64,000 nucleotides of DNA from an uncultured Verrucomicrobiae bacterium (GTDB taxonomy: Bacteria; Verrucomicrobiota; Verrucomicrobiia; Limisphaerales; Palsa-1400). Location: contig CAVPOM010000012.1 in assembly GCA_963707025.1 (NCBI GenBank), positions 32,001 through 96,000 of the forward strand, read 5' to 3'. Each line of letters opens with the position of its first letter. Positions within the stretch are counted from its first letter, which is position 1. Shown piece by piece: positions 11,577 through 21,048 of the stretch. The position numbers and the translations under genes were made by a program. The notes below the pieces were generated by a model. The model saw nothing but the letters and a program-made list of their open reading frames with translations. It searched no databases and had not been told where the DNA came from.

Positions 11577-13133
11577 TCAGTGGGTCATCGCATACATGAT
11601 TATGTTGACACCGAGCTTGAGGGCGCCCTCCGGCTCATAAGCCCGCGCCAGGGGTGGATTCAAGCCCTGCCAGCCCGTTTCCAAATCTATCGGGCTGTAA
11701 ATCACCTTCAGGTCGCCATGCAGCGAGATGCCTTCCAGATAAGGCTGCGTCAGGCCGGGCCGGGCCGCCGCCGCCGCCGGAGTGTAGGCGGCGCCGGTCA
11801 GTTTGAAGACCGAGTTGAACACCGGATGGGACGCGGGCAGCGCAGCCAGGGTGGCGCCGGGCAGCAACTTCTTCAACTCGCGCCGCACGGCCGCGTCGAA
11901 CGTCTGCAATCCCAAACCGTTATTGATTAGCAGCGTCCCGCCGGCATCCAAAAACCGCTTCAGCGCGGCCACCGCGCTTGCATCCCAATGAAAATCATCC
12001 AAACCGGACAGATAAAGAAAGGTGAAGGACGACAAATCATCATGTCCGGGCTGCACCGGCACCCGCTTCAGACTGACCCGCACCGAGGTAGTCTTGCGCA
12101 CTTCCTGCAACAGGCGGCTGGCCCCGCCGGATTCGACGTTCCAGGCCCCTTCGTGTTTGATCTGCGCGAAGACAAACTCATCGGTCGGATGCTTCTCGTC
12201 CAGCGCGCCGTAGAGTTCCGGCTTGGCCTCGGCCCGGCCAATCCGCGCATAGCCCACCGCATAAGCGGCGATGTTCAGGCCAATCTTGTTCGCCGAGCTG
12301 ACGTCGTAGTAAATGGCCTGTTGCAGCAGCGGCACTTCGTGGCCATCCCAGCCGCAGCCCAAGCCATACTTGGAGAGCAGGACCCCCACGCGGGAATAAA
12401 CGTACATGCCTTCCAGCAAGGGCTGATGGGACTTGAGGTTCTTCGGGTAACTGACTTGATTCACGTCCACCATGATGTGATAGAGCGGATGGTCTTCCGG
12501 CAGAACGCGAAAACTCAACTCGGGGAACGTCTTCTCCATGGCTTCGCGGAAGGACTGGTAAAAATAAGGGCCGCCCGCGATGTTGTCCGCCACGATCATC
12601 CCGCCGCGCAGCACGTAGCGCCGCAGCAATTCCAATTCGGCCGGCGAAAACTTGATCGTGCGCACCCCGCTGAAAAAGAGGATCGGAACCTTGGCCGGAT
12701 CGCCGTCGAAGGTGGCCAGGCTGAAACTGTCGGCCCCATAAGTCACGCCCAGCCGCTCGCTGGCCGAGCGCATCAGTTGCTGCAGGTCGCCCGGACAAAG
12801 GTTCCAATCCGCGATCCGCGTTTGCGCGCCGGAGCCGTAGGTGAAAGAGGCGTCCTCGCCCCAGACGATCTTGGCGGCCAGCTTGGGCGCGCTCGGTTCG
12901 CGCTTGCGTTCGGTGCGCCGCAGCGGCGTGGCGGGCAGCGGCAGCGGAGGAAAGGATTCGCCGCCGGAAATCCGGCGCTTGGCCGCCTCGGGCGGCGGCC
13001 CCAGCGGAACGAACCAATCATTCTCGCCTGCCCGGGAAAAAAGGGAGCCGCCCAGGAGCAAGGCCAGAAACCAAGCCGCCCGCCTCTCCCTGGGGAGGCG
13101 GAACCGAAGCCGAACAAAGTCTGGCGTTTTCAT
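11577..13133 (-). CDS. Secreted tandem DUF4159 domain protein
   Basis: Two repeats of LRRY/LKRF...GG.....D/N...LP.DH/SHP...LEG...KIGLNI/KLGVNI; N-terminal signal-like segment; typical neighbour of MoxR. Confidence 0.8.
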   Translation of the reverse strand: MKTPDFVRLRFRLPRERRAAWFLALLLGGSLFSRAGENDWFVPLGPPPEAAKRRISGGESFPPLPLPATPLRRTERKREPSAPKLAAKIVWGEDASFTYGSGAQTRIADWNLCPGDLQQLMRSASERLGVTYGADSFSLATFDGDPAKVPILFFSGVRTIKFSPAELELLRRYVLRGGMIVADNIAGGPYFYQSFREAMEKTFPELSFRVLPEDHPLYHIMVDVNQVSYPKNLKSHQPLLEGMYVYSRVGVLLSKYGLGCGWDGHEVPLLQQAIYYDVSSANKIGLNIAAYAVGYARIGRAEAKPELYGALDEKHPTDEFVFAQIKHEGAWNVESGGASRLLQEVRKTTSVRVSLKRVPVQPGHDDLSSFTFLYLSGLDDFHWDASAVAALKRFLDAGGTLLINNGLGLQTFDAAVRRELKKLLPGATLAALPASHPVFNSVFKLTGAAYTPAAAAARPGLTQPYLEGISLHGDLKVIYSPIDLETGWQGLNPPLARAYEPEGALKLGVNIIMYAMTH

Positions 13134-13273
13134 TTATTGGTCCAACACCTCAGTCTTGTGAGGCAAGGCGCGCACTCCGTGCCCCATTTTCAAGTTAAGG
13201 GCCGGCAACCCGGAGTCAAGTTTGCTTTTGATTTTGCGCTTTCATTAGGCGGCTTTTTGATGCAAAGTTAATT

Positions 13274-13486
13274 ATGAACATGCGGACATCAGTCGCGGCC
13301 CCGCCGGCCCCGCCGGAAAGGCTGGCGCTGGCCCAGCAGGCCTACGCAGAGTTCCACGCCCGTTGTTTCTGGTTCATGCGCCGGGATGCGCAAATCACGG
13401 AGGAGGAAATTCCCTACATCTGCGCACGACTGCGGGCGGATGGCGGCCGCCGCGGTTTCCTGCTGGCCGCGCAAATATGCCGATAG
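13274..13486 (+). CDS. Small putative antitoxin of an AbiEii-like TA pair
   Basis: 70 aa (FHARCFWFMR); overlaps the start of the downstream nucleotidyltransferase. Confidence 0.6.
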   Translation: MNMRTSVAAPPAPPERLALAQQAYAEFHARCFWFMRRDAQITEEEIPYICARLRADGGRRGFLLAAQICR

Positions 13487-14268
13487 CCGATTTCGAGAAA
13501 ACTGTTCTCCGCCTGCTGGCCGCCAACCGGAATCCGGAAAGTTATGTCGCAGGGGCCACCGTCTTGTTGCGCAATGAAAACTCCCACCGCTGGTCTCAGG
13601 ACATTGACCTGTTTCATGATACCGCTGAAAGTTTGCAAGCTGCCGCGGACGCGGATGCGGCCGTGCTGGAGCAGCGCGGTTATCACGTCGCCTGGGACCA
13701 GCCTCAGCCCACCTTTCGACGAGCACTGATTGCGCGGGATGGCCGCATGACAAAATTGGAATGGGCCTTCGACTCCGCCTTCCGGTTCTTTCCGGTCCAG
13801 CCGGATGCCGAACTGGGTTATGTCCTCAATTTCTGGGATGCCGCCACCAACAAAGTCCTGGCCCTGGCAGGTCGCGGTGAATTGCGCGACTATCTCGATG
13901 TCCTCCAGTTGGACCGGCGGCACTTAAGTCTCGGCACCCTCGCCTGGGCCGCCTGCGGAAAAGACATCGGTTACACTCCGCAATTCCTCATCGAGGAAGC
14001 GCACCGCCTGGCGCACTACCCCGCCTCGCTGCTGGCCAAGCTGCAGTTGCGGGAGCCGGTGGATTTGGTGGAGTGCAAAAAACAATGGCTGGCCTCCGGG
14101 CGCGCAGCCCGCGCCCTCTTCGACCAACTTCCCGCCCAAGAGGTCGGCTGTCTTTATCTTGATGCCAGCGGAAAACCAGTGACGCCGGATCCGGGGTCGG
14201 CCGAATTTCCCGCGCTCCGCCGGCATTTTGGCAGCATCCGTGGCGCTTGGCCCGTCATTCGCGAATAG
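13477..14268 (+). CDS. AbiEii/AbiGii-family nucleotidyltransferase toxin
   Basis: YVAGATVL...HRWSQDIDLF; ATNKVLALAGRGELRDYLDV. Confidence 0.8.
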   Translation: MPIADFEKTVLRLLAANRNPESYVAGATVLLRNENSHRWSQDIDLFHDTAESLQAAADADAAVLEQRGYHVAWDQPQPTFRRALIARDGRMTKLEWAFDSAFRFFPVQPDAELGYVLNFWDAATNKVLALAGRGELRDYLDVLQLDRRHLSLGTLAWAACGKDIGYTPQFLIEEAHRLAHYPASLLAKLQLREPVDLVECKKQWLASGRAARALFDQLPAQEVGCLYLDASGKPVTPDPGSAEFPALRRHFGSIRGAWPVIRE

Positions 14269-14358
14269 ACAGAGGGTCAGAAGGACGAAAGCGGAAAAGA
14301 GGTGTCAAGGGACATTCGCCCCGGATATTTCCGCCTGGCGCAACTCGACACTCGCGCC

Positions 14359-14408
14359 GTAGGGCGGGCTTCCAGCCTGCCGGTCCTGGCGGCATCCTTG
14401 CCCGCAGT
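14359..14408 (+). repeat. GTAG-type REP
   Basis: GTAGGGCGGGCTTCCAGCCTGCC hairpin. Confidence 0.55.
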
Positions 14409-14602
14409 CTCAATTCTGGCGCGGGTGTCAAGTTGCGCCCGTTTCCGCCATAATTCCCGGGAAGAATCGGGCATTGTTTTTGCGCGAACGCCAATCGCCA
14501 CTTCAAATCCCCGTTTTAGACTTGCCTTTCCATGCGCCGAGGGGTAAAAGCTCGAAAGTCCAGGTGCCTTACGAAGATAAGGAAACCCAGTCTCTATTCT
14601 TT

Positions 14603-16135
14603 ATGAAAACCAAAAGCCAATCCCTCTTCATCCTGCTGGCGTGTCTGGCGGGCGTTGACCAAGTTGCCGCCCAAAACACGGTCTTCACTTATCAGGGCCG
14701 GGTGACGGACAACGGCACCAACTTCACCGGCACAGGCCTGTTCGAGTTCGCCCTGGTCACCAGCACCAACACCAGCGCTCAGGCCACGGCCACGGCCATC
14801 ATGGGCGGCACCACGCCCCACGAGTTTGTCACCGGCTTCAACCTTGCCTTCGGAGGCAGCGGCTATCTGACCCCGCCGGCGGTCACCATCACCGGCGGCG
14901 GCGGTTTCGGCGCCTCGGCCCAAGCCACCATCTCCGCCGGCGCGGTCAATGGCATCTCCATCATTAATCCTGGTTCCGGCTACATGGGCACGCCGACGGT
15001 GACGATTGGCCCGCCTCCGCCGAACATCGTCTATGTGACTTACTGGAGCAATGACGGCACGAGCAGCGCGGGCAGCGAGCCAGCCGCCGCCGTGGCGGTG
15101 GCCGTGACCAACGGCCTGTTCACCGTCGTTTTGGGCGACACCACCCAGGCGAACATGACGGCCATTGCCGCCTCGCTCTTCGCGTAGCCGAACCTGCAAC
15201 TGCGGATCTGGTTCAACGACGGCCTCAGTGGTTTCGCCGCTTTGAGTCCATTGCAAAACCTGACGCCCACTCCTTATGCCATCACCGCCGACATGGCCGG
15301 CACGCTCAACGGGGCTTTGCCGTCGGCCAGTTTATCAGGCACCTACGGCAATGCGGTGTCATTGAATAATGCCGGCAACATTTTTGGCGGCAGCGGCGCG
15401 GGATTGACTTCGCTTAATGCGTCCAGTCTGAGCAGTGGCACAGTGGCCGATGCTCGTTTAAGCGCCGACGTGGCGCTCCTCAATGGCAATCAGGCCTTTA
15501 CTGGAACCAATACCTTCGTTTCCAGCGTCCACGTCGCTGATAAACCTGTCTTTCTCCGCACTGGGACCAATGACGGGGTGGGCTGGTTCGGTAGCAGCCC
15601 CAATTTCGCGGGCGTGTTTGTGGACGGTCCGGTGTTATTCGGTGACAGCGGCGGCGCGTTGGGCACCGACCCAGGCGGCGTGGAAACCATCGCCCTGAGG
15701 TGGAACACCGCCGGCACCGTCATGATGGGATCGGGAACGAATACGGCGGAACCGCCCGACAAGGGCCTCATCATTCGCCGGGTCAGGTCCACCACTTTCA
15801 GTATTGGCAGCATCGTCGCCCGGACAGATACGCTCATGCTGGAGCGGGATGGCTTCTATGGGGGCTGGCGAATCGTCAATGTGGCGAATCCTGGAAGCTG
15901 CACGGTCGCTGCGACGGGACTGACGGCCACCGGCGCGACGGTGACTTTTGTATTGGCCATCGCCGGCACATCCGCGGGGACCAATGCCGTCTTTAGCGAC
16001 CCGCAGGGTGTGATTTCTTTCCGCTGCTCGTTCGGCGATAGCTACAGCTTGGCTCACATGACGGAAGTCTCCCTGACTCGCTATCCTGGTGACTACTTTT
16101 GGACCGGGACATTGACTTCGACCTTCAACCAATAA
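14603..16135 (+). CDS. Secreted/surface protein, copy 1, interrupted by an in-frame TAG at 15185-15187
   Basis: Signal peptide + FTYQGR...NGLFTVVLGD; the frame continues past TAG (PNLQLRIWFNDG...TPYA) into ORF 15242..16135. Confidence 0.75.
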
Positions 16136-16250
16136 AAATCCCGCGCCAAGTCATGAACACAGCACTGTTCGCATTCAAACCCGGGACGCCGTCTCTGATT
16201 TTGGCCGTGCTGCTGTTCCTGCCCGCCAACTCTCTCCTTGAGGCGCGAGC

Positions 16251-16461
16251 GAGGACTGGAGAAAAACGTCAGGATGAGGGCGAACCCAAAAGCCAAGTTA
16301 GTGGAAAGGCTCGACCTCACCCCGCCCTTCTCCAGGAGAGGGTGAAAGAGCCGCCGTCCTCGCGAAATGCCGGCGCCGGAATTTGCCGGAAGCGCATGCT
16401 CCCAGCCCGAGGCGGGCGAAGTCGGTTCCTTCTCCCAGGGGGAGAAGGTTAGGATGAGGGC
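16251..16461. repeat. REP-like cluster (AGGATGAGGGCG / CCTTCTCC..GGAGAAGG)
   Basis: Two AGGATGAGGGCGA copies and ttctcccagggggagaa hairpins between the paralogs. Confidence 0.55.
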
Positions 16462-16592
16462 GAGCTGCGAAGAATTTTGTCCTGCACCCAAAACTGATTT
16501 GACGCCACTTTAAGCTTGCATATCCATTGGCCGGGGCGTAAATGGAAATACAGGCTTCTTATGAAGATAAGGAAAGCCAGTCTCTATTTTTT

Positions 16593-17867
16593 ATGAAAAC
16601 CAAAAGCCAATCCCTCTTCATCCTGCTGGCGTGTCTGGCGGGCGTTGACCAAGTTGCCGCCCAAAACACGGTCTTCACTTATCAGGGCCGGGTGACGGAC
16701 AACGGCACCAACTTCACCGGCACAGGCCTGTTCGAGTTCGCCCTGGTCACCAGCACCAACACCAGCGCTCAGGCCACGGCCACGGCCATCATGGGCGGCA
16801 CCACGCCCCACGAGTTTGTCACCGGCTTCAACCTTGCCTTCGGAGGCAGCGGCTATCTGACCCCGCCGGCGGTCACCATCACCGGCGGCGGCGGTTTCGG
16901 CGCCTCGGCCCAAGCCACCATCTCCGCCGGCGCGGTCAATGGCATCTCCATCATTAATCCTGGTTCCGGCTACATGGGCACGCCGACGGTGACGATTGGC
17001 CCGCCTCCGCCGAACATCGTCTATGTGACTTACTGGAGCAATGACGGCACGAGCAGCGCGGGCAGCGAGCCAGCCGCCGCCGTGGCGGTGGCCGTGACCA
17101 ACGGCCTGTTCACCGTCGTTTTGGGCGACACCACCCAGGCGAACATGACGGCCATTGCCGCCTCGCTCTTCGCGTAGCCGAACCTGCAACTGCGGATCTG
17201 GTTCAACGACGGCCTCAGTGGTTTCGCCGCTTTGAGTCCATTGCAAAACCTGACGCCCACTCCTTATGCCATCACGGCCGACATGGCCGGCATGGCCGGC
17301 ACGCTCACTGGGACGCTGCCAGCCAGCCAGTTGAGCGGCGCCTTTCCGGCGCAATTAAGCGGAAAGGTCCCGCTGGCCCAATTGCCCGCCGCGGTGGTGA
17401 CCAACAGCGAAACCGCGGTGAATCTGAGCGGCACCTTCAGCGGTGATGGCAGCGCGCTGACCGGCGTGGCCAAAAGCTATGTTGCCGGAGGATATTCCGG
17501 CTCGAGCCTCGCGCCGGCAGGCACGAACTACTTTGTTGGCGGGGGTCTTGTAACCCTTTCCCTTGCGGCAGGGCAAACGGTTCTTGTGTCGGCCAGTGCG
17601 GGGCTTGGGACAACCGCCGCCAGCTTGAATTTTATTTTTTCCCCCTCCTATACCCTCAATGGCGGCCCTGTTAATTTTATGGCTGGCGGCAATTACATTG
17701 TCGCGGTGGCAACCGCGACAGGCGGGAGGCATATCTATAGCGAAACCCTGAGCATGACCATCCCGACAACGGCAACGTATGTTTTCGGTTGCGGAATAAA
17801 TAATCAATCGGGAACCAATCTCAACAACAACGACTATGAGAATGTCTCCGTGTTGGTTTTTAAATGA
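16593..17867 (+). CDS. Secreted/surface protein, copy 2, same in-frame TAG at 17175-17177, different C-terminus
   Basis: First ~680 nt look identical by eye to 14603-15285; the frame continues into ORF 17232..17867. Confidence 0.75.
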
Positions 17868-18037
17868 ACCGCTCTGAATTCAATTTGCCGGGATTCTGGA
17901 ACTTCTGAAAAAGGACGCTTTACCCGGGGCCAAAGCGCCGGCCTGATTTCAAAAAAAAGCGCGGCTTGTTGAATTCATTTCCTGGTCCACACAGGTGTCA
18001 GTCCTCACACAGGTGTCATACACATTCACAGTCACAC

Positions 18038-19053
18038 ACAGGTGTCAGTCCTCACTTTTTGCACTTTTTCCATTGACGGCGGGTGGCGGGGAGTGCAGTT
18101 TGGCGCCATGCCACGCAAACTGCGCTTACAGTATGGCGGGGCGATCTATCACGTGATGAATCGCGGGGATCGCCGCGAGGACATTTTCCAGGACGACCAG
18201 GACCGCCACTGCCTTCTCAGAACGCTGGGCGAGGTGTGCCAAAAAACCCGCTGGCAAGTGCATGCCTATTGCCTGATGCGCAATCACTTCCACCTGGTGG
18301 TGGAAACGCCGGAGGCCAACCTGGTCACGGGCATGAAGTGGTTGCTGGGCGTGTACACCAAGCGATTCAATATCCGGCACCAGTGGTGCGGGCATCTCTT
18401 TGCCGGGCGTTACAAGGCCCTGATGGTGGATGGCGGCAACGGCGGCTATCTGCGCACGGTCTGTGATTACGTGCATTTGAATCCGGCGCGGGCCAAGCTG
18501 CTGGCGCCGGCGGAGCCGCTGGAGAACTTTGCCTGGAGCAGCTATGGGGCCTATCTGAAAAGGCCCAAAGAGCGTCCTTCCTGGCTGCGGGTGGACCGGT
18601 TGCTGGGGGAGAAGGGAATTGCCAAGGACAGCGCGGCCGGACGGCGGGAATTGGCTGGCCAGATGGAATTGAGGCGACAGGAAGAGGCATCCCCCGATTA
18701 CAGGCAGATTCGGCGCGGCTGGTGTTTGGGGAGCGAGGAATTTCGGCAGGATCTGCTGGCGGCGGCAGCGGAGCAGGTTGGGAACCATCATTACGGGAGC
18801 GACCGTTCTGAGAGCAGCCAGGAGCGGGCCCGCCGGATGATCGCGCAGGAACTCAAGCGCCTGGGATGGGAGGAAAAGGAATTGACGCGGCGGCGCAAAG
18901 GCGATGGGCACAAGGTCGCGCTGGCCCAACGGCTGCGGGCGGAGACGACGATGAGTCTGGCCTGGATTGCGGAGCGATTGCGGATGGGCAGTTGGAGTTA
19001 CGTTTCCAACCTGCTCCAGAAAGAAAAGTGCAAATAGTGAGGACTGACACTTG
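18038..19053 (+). mobile_element. Y1/HUH transposase element with short terminal inverted repeats
   Basis: Left ACAGGTGTCAGTCCTCACTTTTTGCACTTTT (18038-18068); right AAAAGTGCAAATAGTGAGGACTGACACTTGT (19024-19053). Confidence 0.8.
18108..19037 (+). CDS. Y1_Tnp (RAYT/IS200-like) transposase with a C-terminal HTH extension
   Basis: MPRKLR...YHVMNRG...AYCLMRNHFHL...GHLFAGRY...YVHLNP...WSSY; C-terminal LAWIAERLRMG. Confidence 0.92.
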   Translation: MPRKLRLQYGGAIYHVMNRGDRREDIFQDDQDRHCLLRTLGEVCQKTRWQVHAYCLMRNHFHLVVETPEANLVTGMKWLLGVYTKRFNIRHQWCGHLFAGRYKALMVDGGNGGYLRTVCDYVHLNPARAKLLAPAEPLENFAWSSYGAYLKRPKERPSWLRVDRLLGEKGIAKDSAAGRRELAGQMELRRQEEASPDYRQIRRGWCLGSEEFRQDLLAAAAEQVGNHHYGSDRSESSQERARRMIAQELKRLGWEEKELTRRRKGDGHKVALAQRLRAETTMSLAWIAERLRMGSWSYVSNLLQKEKCK

Positions 19054-20222
19054 TACGCTCGTCAGGGTGGTGCAAAATTGGAACGCCTCCGCGCCGATGC
19101 TAGTCACGCCGCAGGGAATCGTGAAATTGGTCAGGCTGTAGCAGTGGTCGAACGCAGCCTGTCTGATGCTGGTGAGGCCCTCGGGAAAGGTGACGCTAGT
19201 CAGGTTGATGCAGCCATGGAACGCAAACTCCCCGATGTCGGTCACGCCGACGGGAATCGTGGCGTTTGTGAGGGCGGTGCAAGATTTCGAATGCACCGTC
19301 ACCGATATTTGTGACGGTACCGGGAATCGTCACGCAGGACAGGCTGGTGCAGTAATCGAAGGCATAGTTTCCGATGCTGGTGACGCTGTTGGGAATCGTG
19401 TAGTTTCCCCCTATGCCGCCCGGAAATTCAAGCAGCACTGTCTTGTTTTTGTCGAACAAGACCCCAGCGAGGGAGCTATACGCCGGATTGTTTATATCCA
19501 CCGTTATGGCAGTGAGAAGCGTGCAATATTCGAAGGCCTCCAACCCGATGCTGTTGACGCTGCCAGGGATCGTGACGCTTGTTAGGCCAGTGCCAGAGAA
19601 CGCACCACTCCCGATGTTGGTGAGGGCGTTACCGATCGTGACGTTGGTCAGCAAGCTGCAATATTTCGAAAGCCTCGGCCCCAATGCTGGTGACGCTGTT
19701 GGGAATCGTGTACTTTCCGCCTATAGCGCCCAGAAATTCAAGCAGCACTGTCTTGTTTTTGTCGAACAAGACCCCATCGAGGGAGCTATACGCCTGATTG
19801 TTTATATCCACCGTTATGGCAGTGAGAAGCGGGCAGTAACCGAAAGCAGAAACTCCAATGCTGGAGACGCTGGCGCGAATCGTGGGGTCCGTGAGGGCGG
19901 TGTAAGAGAACGCACCAATCCCGATGTTGGTGAGGCCGTTACCGATCGTGACGTTGGTCAGACCAGAGCAGAATTCGAAGGCCCAGTCGCCGATGATGCT
20001 AACGCTGCCGGGAATAGTGACGCTGGTCAGCCTAAAGTTCCATAGGAAGGCATTTTCGCCGATACTGGTGACAAAGTTGGAAATGACTACCGCACCGCCG
20101 GTCCCGGTGTAGGTGGAGAGGGTGATCGCCCCGTTATTGGTCGTGTAAGTGAATTGGGCTTGCGCGGCAGTGGGCGCGGCAAAGAGCAGAAAAAGGAAAA
20201 GGGCACGCAAAGTTCTTTTCAT
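19051..20222 (-). pseudogene. BspA-like leucine-rich repeat (LRR_5) surface protein, 3'-truncated at the transposon end; two +1 frameshifts
   Basis: Signal peptide + QFTYTTNNGAIT; repeats LTSVTIP.SV..IG..AF..C; frame changes near 19665 and 19286; the reading runs into the inverted repeat at 19053. Confidence 0.8.
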
Positions 20223-20400
20223 TGTTGGTACGGGATGATTCAAGCCCCGCACGGCGGTTCCGTCAACGTCCAATAATCACGCAGCCGGCGGCTCGAAAGC
20301 GGGGTGCCTTTGACGCCTCCAGACGATCAAAGAGCCTTGCAAACGTGTTTGCGAAACTTATCCCACTCGAACGAGTTCATTCTCCGTGCGCAGGTGGCGT

Positions 20401-20446
20401 ACAGGTGTCAGTCCTCACTTTTTGCACTTTTTCCATGGACGGCGGG
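20401..20446 (+). mobile_element. Orphan left end of the same Y1 element
   Basis: ACAGGTGTCAGTCCTCACTTTTTGCACTTTTTCCATGGACGGCGGG matches 18038-18083; no transposase follows. Confidence 0.8.
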
Positions 20447-21048
20447 CAGGGGCGGGTTTTTGGCCGAACTGGCTTCATAACGGAATGACGCCAGCGGCCG
20501 GATTTTCGGCTGTTTGGGAATCAGGGGCCGGTGATTTGGCGCAGAAAGGGGGAGATTCCTAACATTGCCACATTGTTGGTTGAGAAGCCAGGTCGTGGCG
20601 GCAACGTCGAGCAGGAAAGGTGAACGTGGGGAATCCAGGGCGTGTACGGTTAGATTGCATCTGCTCCTGCCCGGCGGCGGGTAGTGTCCCAATCTGATTT
20701 ATTTTGGAACAAGGCGGCGTTGGTCACCAGCATAAAGCGAATCCAGACGTGGACAAATTGTCGAAGAATTCGCTGGACATGTATTAGAAACTATGGCAAT
20801 CTCTTCAGCGTGAGAGTCGAAGTGAAACGGGCACGACGACGGAAGGCAGGTTATCCTGCGCCAACCACTTTTGGCGGGCGCGCCATGCGAAGTCTGTTTC
20901 AAGACAGAGCGGTGCGGGCATTAAAGGTGTTTTTGCCAAACGAACCCATTTTTTGGATGCCAAAAAGTATTCGTAAGTTATTGCGAACAAACAGCTTACG
21001 ATTAAACTAGCTGAGTTATGTGCGCCAAAATGACCCACCGTTTCGGGG

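Noticed and set aside
15185..17177. Genome-wide TAG reassignment
   Set aside because: Several genes end properly at TAG (14268, 19037, 55280, 59020, 61169); no pyl genes in the window
14603..17867. Diversity-generating retroelement template/variable pair
   Set aside because: The shared part is N-terminal and identical, with no adenine-specific mismatches and no reverse transcriptase in the window
17991..18068. Possible CRISPR array from repeated ACAGGTGTCA
   Set aside because: Irregular truncated repeats with no spacer-length intervals; they match transposon ends; no cas genes
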